A stretch of 64,000 nt of DNA from Tubiluchus corallicola (Eukaryota; Animalia; Priapulida), in contig JAQGDQ010000288.1 in the NCBI GenBank assembly GCA_030141605.1, positions 70,621 through 134,620 on the forward strand, given 5' to 3'. This document shows positions 40,001-53,300 of the stretch, one piece after another. How positions within the stretch are numbered: the stretch's first letter is position 1; every line of letters starts with the position of its first letter. The translations under genes and the position numbers were made by a program. The notes beneath the pieces are model-generated. The model was not told the DNA's origin, did not search any database, and saw nothing but the letters and a program-made list of their open reading frames with translations.

Positions 40001-41308
40001 TTTTTTACTTTTTGGTGTGGCGTTTTTAGTTCGCTTTCTTCTTTTTGGCCTCGAATTTTTTTGCTTGCGATTTTTTCTATCATTGTTGCTCTTATTAAAG
40101 CTACGAAGAGTTGCTTTTTGGACGAGTCCTCGGTAACTAATATTATTTCTTGTAATCTTATGTTTGAGTAAACCGGGATCGTTTTCTTCAGCTGCTTCGT
40201 GTTTTTCTGCAGCATATACACTATGAGTGCGTCTGTATCGTTGCCGTTTGCGTTTTCCAGCATTGAAATTGCTTTGCACGTATCTACCACTGCGCTTTCT
40301 GCCCACGGGTATTACATTGTCCTGTCTTTCATTGTTCTGTTTTTCATTATTCGCCGCCTCAGATCCAATGCTGGAGATACCGCGTTTATCATTGTTCTGT
40401 TGAAACTCAAGTTTTCTGTTTCTGTACTCATTGGGTTGTCCAGCAGTTCTTGCGTTCTTTGGTTTTCCAGATTCAACTACTGCCACCTGTATAAAACAAT
40501 TGCATAGTTCTAAATTGTACCTCAACTTTAAGGAAACTTTTCATTAATGATAGAATGACATCACAGTTATTAACATTTGAATTCAAACTACCGAAAAAGG
40601 GAAGAAAAAAATGTCGCAACATTTAAAAGGCAAGGTACCTTTAAATTGTGTAACGTGACCAACAGACCACGTACACACAATTATATGAGAAAGATATAGT
40701 GCTTACAACAGTTAGCTTAACAGTGTTAATTGTTAATTAATTGAAGAAGGCGCTAAAAATTTGCCCCGCAGATTTGAATCCAGAACATGCTTTTCACGAC
40801 ACATACTTTACAATTTGAGCTACTGATGGGCAAGGCTGGTCTGGGATCTAAACAGATGTGAGTTCCCTTATTAGCCTCTGCACCTTTCTATAGGGTATTC
40901 AGAACAAACAAAAAAGACACCACGCTAACCGCTGCTGCAAAATTGTAAGTCAACAAGGTTTTGTACCCAGCACTTGCACTTTCATGGCACATGCTTTGCC
41001 GTTTTGGCTACTGACTCAAGATGGCAATTTGAATACACTCAAGACTGGGATTTTGATTTATAAGCCCCTGCACCTTTCTGTAGGGTATCCGGAACACACG
41101 TTAAGACAAACACTTACAGGCTTACAATAATTACTAATGATTAATTAATTAAACAAGGAGGCAGCGAGCAGCAACAACGACAGTGACAGTAACAGTGTCA
41201 ACAATAACAACAACACACACAACAACAACGATGGTAATGGCAACAATAACAACAACAACAGCAACAAAGCAATAAAAGTAACACTGATAACAGTGATGAT
41301 GATGATGG

Positions 41309-41356
<48 letters not shown>

Positions 41357-44300
41357 CAATGATGATGATGATGATATGATGATGATGATGATGATGATAA
41401 CGATGATAACGACGATGATGATGATCACAACAAAGGAGCGAGCAAGAAACAGACAAACAACAACAACAACAACGACAAATAATAAACAACAGACAAACCA
41501 ACAAGCAAGCACACATGCAAACAAACAAACAAACAAACAAACAAAGAAACAAAAAACCATTTACAAACAAATGCAACAATATGATCTTCTATAACTTTTT
41601 CGAATATTGTTACATGAAAGATATTTTCTTAGTATCAAACCTTCTCTGCCTGAAATTTTCCTGGTTGAAATCTTTTACAGTACTAAACTTTCCTAGCACC
41701 AACCTTTCCAACCTGTTCCGTACCATTTTTGCCTTACACCAGATTTACTTCTACCAAAAATGCCTGACAAAACTGTATTTACCAGTACCCAATTTTTTCT
41801 GTACGCAATTTTCCCCAGTACTAAAATTTTCCTGCACCAAAAATTGCTAGTAGCAAATTTACGTGTAACAAACTTATTAGCACCAAACTTACTGCGCACC
41901 GAAGTAACCACCGCTTCTGTTAGCTACCGAAGACCTACAATTATGGTTCATCAGTATCAGAAACTAAAGTTGAACATACTTGTCACTTTTGAGGGTAGAT
42001 GGTTTGAGCCAGATTTTGGTTAATGCAATAGCCGACTGGTCACAAATATGTGTCTCCATGCCCAAGTTAAGCCATGTCTAAGCTGGTTAGTAAGGGGATG
42101 AATGACTGCCTTCAGTGTACTCGCTCTGGGCAGTTTTATTCGCTCCACTGATTGAGGCTCTTCACCTCTTAGAAGGAAGACAAATATAACGTTGATTGAG
42201 ATACATGGGGATATCCTCGACAATAAGCCTGACTCGATGCGACATGAGTTACTGTAGGCCCTGTTGTCGGTTGCTAGTTTCCACCTTGAAACAATCACAG
42301 AAACAATCAATGTGCCGACTTACATATATATATATATATAAAACGTCTGGCATTTGGTAACCAATCTTTAATTATAATTCCATGGTTAAGTGTACTCTTA
42401 CTTTCCCAATAAATTTCCCAGGATGCCAATTTAACGTTTATAAACCTATGATTAACCCTTCACTGGCTGCACGTTTTTTTAAATGTATATAGTATTAGTA
42501 CACTTATTAGTACATAGTATTAATCTTATCAGTACTAATTCTTACTTGTACATAGTAAATAATACCAAACGAACTGGGATATGCAATGTATCTATTACTA
42601 GCAGTACAGCTATAATTACAATTGGTACTATCAAGTAGACTGTGGGCTTACCATACTCCTAAACTACAGGTGCGCAAGCAAATAATAGAAAATATGAACA
42701 TATCATATGCGTATATGATACAGAAACAAAATGATCTCTACAAAAAATCTAAAGAACCCATATTTCACATAACATTCAATACAATTTCTATGACATTAGC
42801 AAAATTGTGGACCAACAGTTTTTATAACCACAGAAAAAACTATATACTGTAAATAGCTATGATTATTCAAACATGGATCATTTCTCAAAATCTGCAAATA
42901 ATAGGTGCTCGTCTAAATTCAAACTGTCATAAAAGAACCTCAGCCACCTGTTGTCAAACCATCGTAACATACTAGGCTAAAATGAATTTAACGTATTAGC
43001 TATTAATAATTATTACTGATTTTACCTGCGGTCTCAAGCCCTCATTATTAAACTGAAGGCCGCTCTCTTACCCAGTAAAATAGTGGGAAACCTACTTTTC
43101 AAATTCTATTATAGGGTGCAGCAATGTGATAAGGAAGTAGATTTGTAATTAGTTAATTAGGTGGCAAATTAAATTTGAAGCAACTTACAAGACAACAGTA
43201 CGATATTAGTCCTATGAACACTTGTCTTCTCATTATTTTTTCAAAATACGCAGCTTTTCATGATATTTTTGCACAGTAAATCATTTTCATCATCAACAGT
43301 ACTAGATTTTCAAACAAATGAGTCAAAACCGTCGGCTGCACAACCATGTCAACTATCAAGGCTTTTGACCTTAAGTTGTCACTCGTGGCCATAATGAGTT
43401 TTTTACTAGCATTATCTTGGCTAATTGGTCTATCGGCCCCATGGCCTACTAAACTAGCTTTGGTTTTAGTCAGCTCTCATAGGTAAAAAAAATTCACGTT
43501 TTGCTGCTTTAAAGTTAAGTGATTTTGCTTTGTTTTGTGACTTTATACTAAATGAACTCCTTTTTTTTCAAAAATGTCGACCATGTATATTTATTGAACC
43601 ACCAATAAATACATTACATTACAAACAAATAAACAAGACAGATTAAATCAAAAGCGAAAGAAACGTTTACTAGAGACAAAATCCGCTTACAAAGGAATAT
43701 TGTGACTCGAGCGTACAAAAGAAATAACAATTAACTCACACAAGTACATAATAATTATCACAACGGTTCACGAGAAATAGTATTAATAACTCTTTACACA
43801 ACTGTATCTAGATTTTATTTAGCAAATAACTGACTCCTTTTCTGAAAAGTTGATTCCAGAGAACTTCAATGATCTTGCATAATTCGATATCTTGGCTTCT
43901 TATTATAAAGACAAATTTATTATCGCCATCTCTCTCAACGTTAGATCATTTTATGACTTCGAATAATTTAGAAAATTATTTTACCAACTACAACGCTCGT
44001 CATAATATCGACAACTTGTCTGACCATTCCCCGTTATTTATTAACGTCAGTTTTAAGCTTTTTACAAATGATGTTAATGTCAGATTGTAGAAACCCCGTG
44101 TTGCTTGGCATAAAGTAACATTTATGTAACTATCGTAGTGTACTCGATGCCTACTTAAATTGCATATCTCAGGGTGATTATAATCTTATAGTCAACTGTA
44201 CTCCCCTCCCACTCGGTGTGAATTTCATTGACAAATATTGTGAGCAGATCATAGGAGCTTGCTTAAAGGCAGGCAAACATCATAGTCCTCAAACTCAGCC

Positions 44301-47300
44301 TGTCCAACCTGAACGCGGCAGTCGTAATGCCGCTGGGTGTAATGATCTCATAGAACCCTTACGTCAACAGGCTTTGTTTTTTCACTCCATTTGGTGCTTA
44401 AACAATAAGCCAAGACATGGCGCTCAAGACATGGTTGACAACCTCAAAACACGAGTCAAATATCACTTACAAATACGTCATGTATCTCGTAATCAAGATG
44501 CTATACGGAATCAAAAAATGACTGAAGCTATGGCTTCAAATGATAGTAGGCAATTTTGGAGGAGGGCGAAGAAATTGCATCATGCAACCAAAACGGTAGC
44601 AAACAGTATCGTTGGCATCTTTAATCCTGCTCATATAGCGAACGATTTTACTAACGAATACTCAAATGTCATCAATCACACAACTGTATGAACGTTTGTC
44701 CCTAAATAGTACCACTGATTCGTTTTTTTTGTAATCAAATCATGAAGTAAATTTGCAATTTCGAAATTGAAGCGGGGCAAATCTGACGGCTCGCTTGGCC
44801 TTGACAGTGATAATATTGTAAATGGCACAGAAACGTTAACTAGACACCTGACACACTTATTTAATTCCATGCTTATACATAGCTATTCCAAAACACTATA
44901 GTACCACACGTGAAGAACCCCAGCGATAGCCTTAATACTAAGTCAAGCTATAGAGGAATAAGACTATCCTCCTAAATTATAAAAATTTTAGACTGGATTA
45001 TCCTCAACAGATGTCACGAAAGCCTTGCAAACTGCGACCTCCAATTTGCATGCAAGAAAAAACTCATTTGATGAATGGATGGATGGATGGATGGATGAAT
45101 GGATGGGTGGAGGGACGGATAGATAAATGTTCGGACGGGCGGGCGGACAGACAGATAGACAGACAGACAGACAGTCATACAGACAGACAAATAGATAAAC
45201 AAATAGAGTAAAACATAGTCACAAAAACATAAACAAACTCGATCGAAACAGCATGTATAAGATAAAACTACAACTACATACTACAAGTTGTGCTACGCAA
45301 AATGAAAGCATGTGAAATCCCGCTTAACCATTAAATTTTAATGATTACTATTAGTAGTATAGCCCTATGTATTATTCATAGGTATGTCGTGGCGCTTTCT
45401 CTGGACTGTCAAGGCTAAGGAAGCTACGACTGAATGACAATAGATTTCAGTATCTGTTAGAGAACTCATTCGAAGGAGCAAGCATTCCACGAGAACTGTT
45501 ATTAAATGGTAAGACTTTTACATAAAAACCGTTGTGGGGTTTGAGTTTGCACATGCATGTCTAAGGAATGTTTTTTACTTTTTAGAAGGTACGCAATAGG
45601 GTGCTCCTACACTAGCCATTTTAGTCAAACTGACTACTGCCTTCTATAGATGCCTCAGTGAATTAAGTGCTGCAAAGAATCATCGCAGACGTAACGATGA
45701 TCCATACAGTTTCGTACTTAAAGGGTTAAATGGTTAATAACAAAGAGATTATTACAACGGATTATTATTATAAGGAGCAAAATTTTTATTATAAAATAGG
45801 AAATTACCAATATGTTACTAAGATCAACGGATACTAAATAAAAAAAGCTAAAAGCCTTAAAAACGGTACACTTTCACAAACATTTAGGTATCTAGTTTCA
45901 GTCAAACATAAAATGGGATCATGACGTACACTATATAATTGAAAAGGCTCAAGCAACAAGATTCTTAATCGATCTTATTAAAAATATACCCCGTGTTAAA
46001 CCACGAGTTGTTCTTGAACATCTTTATAAATCAATGATCAGGCCCATTCTAGAATGCTAGCCCAGTATGATGTAATATTCTTCCTTTTTGCCAAATATGT
46101 TAGAGAAAACTCGATAACGCGCAGTTTATATGTCTAGCAAAACAATGAAGGGTCCATAAACATCTAAATTGTTATAACGACTGTGTGGATTCGAATATCT
46201 ATAAAAGACGGTTATTTCATAAGTTGGTATTGTTTTATGAAATTGTAAATAGTATGCCACCCCCTTATTTACATGATTTGTTGCAAATGGTTAACAGAGA
46301 CTTATCCACATATAATCTTCGAAATCGTAACACCAACTTTGCATTGTTTCATGTACATGGTGAACATTTTTATAAATCTTTTCCTCTGCCACCGTGGTTG
46401 ATTGGAACGCTCTTTCCGTTTTCATACCACAAGTTCCCACTATTGGTCGTTTTGTTAGTTCTTTGAAAAAACACTTCACTTTTATTAATAGACCCAAATA
46501 TTAGTCATACAATTCACCCCCTGACTGTATTCACCACGCACGACTAAGGGCGGGTTTCTCTCAGTTAAACAGCATTTAAACAGCCACGGTTGTAGAGATT
46601 CAGTGCGTAATGTTGTTCTGAAAAATTGTATCTGTGATTTTCAAATTGAAAATATTAAGCATTTTTTTGTTCGATTGCCAGAGGAACTCGAAGAACGACT
46701 AACAAACTTATACCAAACAAACACATTACCCTTTTTGATACAATAACCTTGACCCACAATTAAAAATTTTAGTTTTTCTTTCTGGTAATTTTTTACTAAG
46801 CAGAACGTCATCGTATTTGACCAGCTACAGCAATATATTAGTTCATCTAACCGTTTTAATTATTTTAATACTAGTCACGAAATATTAAGTAATACATAAT
46901 CACTTCTTCAGTTTCTTAAGAATGTCTATTGCAGGAGCTCCCTAAGCTTTAGTGAACAATTCAGTCGATAGTTATCTTATTACAAATACAAGTACTAAGT
47001 CGACTAAAATAGTGCGACACAGAAAAAAGTAATTCCGTTGCTTTGTTGTGACAGGAACCTCTGGTAATCCCTATATAGTTAACTTACTGATGTTTTATGT
47101 TCTCTCTGCCAGGAAATCCTATATCATGTGATTGCAACCATGAGTATTTTTCTGAGACTTCTGTAGATGGCACCTGCTATGATCCAGAGTACCTCAGTGG
47201 CACGGAGATCTCCACAATGCCGCCTACTAGCTTCTCCTGCTACATCGTCTCCTGTGGTGATGGCGTTGAATGCGACATCAGGGACAAAGACGTCTGCCAC

Positions 47301-50300
47301 CCTGATACTATCCTTCCCACTTATCCGCAAACGACGCCCACACCACCTCCAGCCCATGTTTGTCCTCTGGAAGATAGTCTAGCTCCTTGCAGCTGCGTAC
47401 AGGGTCCAATTGGCCTGAATATTACATGCGTTGACCGCCAGTTAGGTGATGTCATAGCAATGTTGAATAGTGTCAAAGGTTTGAAGATTGACCGGCTGGA
47501 GGTCAAAGACACAAATCTGATGCCTTTACCACTTGAACTGTTTCACGGGCACAACATCACAGAGTTGCATTTTGTCGATACCAAACTCAGCTCCTTGGAA
47601 TGGAACGTATTCGAAGGCATTGAACAAACCGTCAAACTTCTAAATTTATCATCAAACAAGATGCTGAATTTTCCAGTGGCAGCTGTGGATCGTCTGCAGG
47701 TTCTGGAGGTTATGGACTTTTCCAGAAATGGTCTAACGGCTATCAACGAAGAAACTTTTCTTGGTTTGTCTATTATCAACAACATCAAGAGAATGCTAAT
47801 CAGTGAAAACCGCATTGTGCAGGTCATGGGAGGTTTCATCAACTTTGTGTTATGCCATGATCTAGATTTGTCAGGTGAGTAGTAAGAGTAGGTAGCATTA
47901 CTTTTTCTTCATTATAATTATTGTTATTCGTTTGTCTTAATAATTTCTTATTTTGGCAAAGCACGGGTTACAGGAATCTGCTATACATTTAAGTAGTTTT
48001 GCAGATAAAACGCAGTGCAACGTTTATTTCAAATTAACTCCTATCTCAAATTTAATTTATGAATAAGTTTGCCTATATTTACTGCCATTTCCTTTCAGGT
48101 AACGTAATCGAGGAAATTGAACCAAATGCATTCGATGGACTGCTGGCTCTGAACAATCTTTGGCTGTATAACAATAAAATCAAATCAATACACGTCAATG
48201 CTTTTCGATCTCTAATCACCTTGGAAATGATTGATCTTAGTGAGAATGACCTTACAGGTAATAGGTCCACTGTAAGTAAACAATATGAGTGTATCTGTCC
48301 CTTGCCTGTTTTGAGAGTAGAGGAAAATCCAGTCAAAACCAGAAACCTCGTCAGATAGTTCCCCTGATGTGAGATTTCTTAACAAACCTGCTGGTGTTTC
48401 TTTTTCAGTATTTTCGTTTTTATGACCTTATACGGGCAAATATATTTATAGTAATTTAAATCAGCGGAAAACGTTCAGCGATTTAAATTTTTCAACCAGA
48501 AGTTATCAAAGGAACAACTGAATTCATTAAATCAGTGGTAGTTAACGCTTGTGAACGCTGTTGACGCTGACCAGACCATCACTCGGTCTAGGTGGTTTGA
48601 GCACCTTTCCCCTGCTACTGCTACTCGAAGAGTTTGAAGGTTGATTCCGTTTTGATAATTTGTTTATCTTATTAACCGTTTGGATTTTTGTTGACATGAA
48701 AATTTAACTACTAAGTCAAAAGCTAGTTCAAGCTCGCTAACCAACAAGAAATATAGTTTGATTTATATATTTTTTCGTTACTCCGTGACCACTTCGGGCA
48801 GAGAAGAAAAACTACTGACTCTAACTACTACAATAATGGTGTGTAGCTTTTCATTAACAACGATGCTTTGCTTCCATTATAGAATTACTGAAAAGTCGAA
48901 TGCAACAGTAAGTTGTAATAAACACAGTTACCAATCCCAGGATCTAAAGTGCCAAGATCTACATAGTTGAACATATTTTGGACTGTAGAAATTTTTCTTG
49001 CCCACAAGAAACAAAGAAACAATTTTTCATTATTTGGCTTCCTTAAAGGTAGTGAAAATAACTTAATGCTTAGCTAAATGTTGACACTTAATATTTTGTA
49101 ACTGATGGTTACATTTATTACAAGTACGTATTTCTAATATAATATAATAATTTTTCTTCATTACCACTATATATGTTTTAGACGATGGTCTGCCATATGG
49201 TGTACTAAATGGATTAATAAATTTGTATGCGATTCACTTGGACAGCAACAAGTTGACTGACATTAACGATCATATCTTTCAGGATTGTAGGTAAGATTAA
49301 TTGGAACACAAAATCTATCTTTGACCGTATAATGCCCTAAGAACACAAAAATTAAACATTCGAGACTTCTCTTCGGGGCATGCTTTACCTCCATCAGTTC
49401 TGATTTTGTTGTAAAATCATCGCTTGCATTAGGTTTGTTGCAGTTTGGTTGTTCACTAACTTTGATAGGTTCCTGCTCTCTTGCAGGCTTTGCAAGTCTA
49501 AACGTTGTTTTTGTTACTAGGCTTGTTATTAAAATCAGAGCGCTGTACATAAAAGTCACTAGATGTTTAAATTACTAATTGAAGAAAATAAATCTAGCAA
49601 GTAAAACGAGTTTGTGCATCACTTTTTGTTGTTAATGATTTTTGTGAATGGAATTTAACACAGGCGATTGTACACGTTAACCGTCTCTCATAACCTCTTA
49701 AACAACGTTATCTTCGATGACTTCGTGGGCCTTGTCAACCTTAGTTATTTAGATCTGGGCTATAACCTGCTACGAGAAATACCTACTGGAGCATTTCGGG
49801 AACTAATAGAACTGGACCATCTCTTCATTAATGACAATGGGTAAGACTTATTATTAAACTCGAGACTATAATGTTTTTTTTTGTATTTTTTAAGTTGACA
49901 ATTGGCCACTTGGTTAACTAATTGGTTGGTTGGCTGATTAATTGGTTGGTTGAGTGGATGGGTGAACTGGTGGCTGATTGGTTAGTTGGTCGGTCGGTTG
50001 GTTAATTGATTGGTTGGTTGGTTAGCTGATTGGTTGGCTGATTGAGTTGGTGGGTGAGCTGGTGGCTGGTTGGTTGGTCGGTTGGTTAGTTGGTTGGTTG
50101 GTTGGTAGGTTGGTTTGATTGACTGGCTAGTAGTTTGGTGAATTTATTGTTTCACTGAGTGGCTGAAAACGTATCAGATGGTAATTAGTTTTCTGATAAA
50201 ATGTAATTTTAGCGGAACAATACCTTTGATTTTGTAGATTGGAAAATCTTTGCTGGGGAGCGTTTGAGAATTTGATTGATCTTGAGCAGCTGTACCTAGC

Positions 50301-53300
50301 CAATAACAATCTCAACTATTTCATGTTGAGCATTTTCAACAACAGCATTATCGCGAGGCAGTGTGACATCAATGGTAAGATTGATTACTTCTGAAATACA
50401 CGATGAAGGCTAGAAAAACAAAACTCGCAGTGATAGCTGAGAATATGAGTTGACTTTATGTTGATATATGTAAGCAAATCTTGTAAACGCGTCGAAGTTT
50501 TTGTAATAGAAGGCACATTAGGAGAATTATGATTATAGTTTTGTGAGAGTTTGCAGACTGTAGTGGAGCAAACTGGATGCCCTATTTCAGAACGCCGATC
50601 AAATGTAATCTTTATACACAAAAATGCTTCTTCCGATTTTTACCTGACAATCGTATCAAAAAAAGAAAGATATATTTTTTGCTTGGCGAATGTCTAGTTA
50701 AGATTTGGCTAACTAACACTTACGTGTGAGCTAGAAACTTCTTTTGGAAAAGAGCATCTATTTTGAAGCAAATTCCGTTCACAAACAATTGACAACAATC
50801 CATTTTTCGATGAGTGTGTGAAATTAACAACGTAGCGTGCGAACTCGCAATTTCTTTCGATTTATTTTTTGTTGTTTTCATTTGCAAGCAGCTCAAACGA
50901 CATGGTTATTTCAATGATAATTCACACGTCTTAAGTACTCTTGACCGAGCATTTTTATTAACCCGTCCGTTCATATAGTATTAAAAGTTCAAAACTAGGA
51001 AATTTATAAAAATGACTGCCAGCACCTACTTAAAAAAAGACATGGCTCTTATTCAGGCACAACATCTCCAACGTTTCGACACAGTTAAGGTCATGTTCAC
51101 GCAACAATCACCTATTTTTAATAGCGTATTTTTGTTTAGATATTTGGTATGTTACACTGTATTTTTTTTATTTATTTTTGATATGACCTTAACTGTGTCG
51201 AAACGTTGCAGATGTTGTATTTGAATAAAAGCCATGCATTTGTTTAAGTGGGCGCTGGCTATGAGGAAGCGCCATTGCACAATATTTTGTAAGATTACAG
51301 AGTGAATGAACCACTAAATAAGTAAACGAACTGATAAACTAACAAACGGGTAAAATTAGTAAATAAATAAGTTAATTTATTAACTCGGTTTATTCTAATA
51401 CTCAGGTAACCCAATTATATGCGACTGCAACATAAAGTGGGTGGCAGAAAATGACGGATTCTTCCTGGACGGGACGTGTGCCCATCCACCACAATTTGCC
51501 ACACTGCATGTTGAATCAATCCCAGCCGAACTGTTCCGATGTGGCGAATGTGACATCGAAGAGTTTCTTCATCGAAGACGCAAGCGGCAAGTTGAAGATT
51601 ATGGGACGTGCGACTTGCGAGAATACGACATATGCCAATTTGACAACATACCGACTGCACCGCCTCCTGTTGTATATGTTTGTCCCCCTCAGGAAGAGAT
51701 CTACCCCCCTTGTATCTGCAGCGCAACGGGATTGCCTTATGTTGGTCTTACAGTCACTTGCATCAATGATGACATAAGTAACATTATGGACACCTTAAGA
51801 GAATTCGACGCAGCAGCCTTTGATATGCTGCATATTAACAATACAGCTTTTGTTGATAGTATTATTCCAAATAATATCTTTGAAGGGATGGAAATTCAGG
51901 AACTTCGAATTACACATAGCAACGTAGAGACCGTTGAAGACCATGCATTTTCTACCTTGGAGGAACATTTAATGAAGATTTCGCTTGCTTTTAACAAGTT
52001 AGAGAAATTTCCAGACCGTGCATTAGAAGTACTAAAAAGTCTAGAGGAACTCGACGTGTCTAATAATCTTATTGCAGATATTGATGATGATGATTTTCTC
52101 AGTTTAAGATTTCCCAGGCTGTCTGTCTTACGCATCAACAACAATGAAATTGCTGAAATTTACCCCCAGGCATTTGACAATCTGGAAAGCATAGAGCATC
52201 TACATCTTCACTTTAATAAATTAACTACCATTGCATCCAATACTTTTAGAAAACTATATAAGCTAAGGAATCTGTATCTGTACAATAATGAAATAAGTTC
52301 GGTTAGCACTAATGCATTTAGCACACTTTCAAGTTTACATTACTTATCAATGAGTAACAACAAGCTCACCGATACAGGTTTAAATGTTGGTTCACTAAAT
52401 GGACTTGACCTGTTAGAATTGCTGTTTTTGGATGGGAACTTATTGACTGATATCAATGCCCACATCTATGCCGATTTACTGGCTCTTGACCAACTTTACG
52501 TGCGTAACAATGCACTTGTCAACGTGTCCTGGGACGACTTTGAAGGACTCGAGGATTTGAAACTGCTGGATATCTCTGGTAACAAAATATGGGAGATTAC
52601 ACCTGGAACGTTTAAGGAGATGCCAATACTGCAGGAGTTGAAGATCAATGATAATATCATAGGTATGGTATTAGTCGTTAATCACTTGTGCTGTTATCCC
52701 ACCTATGAAGGATTTTAAACAGGTTCCAACAATTTTTGAACTTATTTCAGTTGCACGATAACATAACTATCCTGTTCGTCTATGGGTTTTAACTTAACCC
52801 TACCTCGCTGATCATTGGGCCAAGTTTAGACAAATATAAAAGCAGTTTGGCGATCCTGTAATTTCAGTGCCAATGATTTGCACATTTTCAGTTCATTAAC
52901 ATTCTTCTTCTAATCATTTAATGGTTTAAACACGCTTGTATGCTTTGAAGAATCATCTAGGTTAGCTATTGTCTTTATATGACGAAGTGTAATTTCAAAT
53001 ATAACCAGTTTCCATGCTCTAAATCTATCTGATCAGTGAATACTGAAAAACGATAACAAATGTTTCAGTAGTGTGCATTGATTTTCCAAAATTTATTGTT
53101 TTCTTTACAGGTCAAGTTTGCCGAAAAGCGTTTGAAGGATCTACGTCTTTATGGAACTTGGAATTACGAAATAACTTTCTGAATTATTTACTTGAGAACA
53201 CGTTCGATGCAGCAAGTTCAGGCAGACCTAATCGAATCGATGTCAGAGGTAACCGTTCAATAAAAACTGAAACAAACCACACGTAAGAAATTGCATACTC

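Noticed and set aside
36182-40507. Many plus-strand and alternative-frame ORFs over the repeat gene
   Set aside because: Shadows of the repetitive minus-strand CDS; no LRR content or splice support
40487-40525. ORF-track N-terminus MRYNLELCNCFIQ of the 1481-aa ORF
   Set aside because: Starts at a non-ATG codon and overlaps a polypyrimidine/AG acceptor; the better-supported start is the exon at 43233
47823-47828. Alternative donor CAG|GTCATG for LRR exon 11
   Set aside because: Phase 0 is incompatible with exon 12; the donor at 47875 restores LDLSGN
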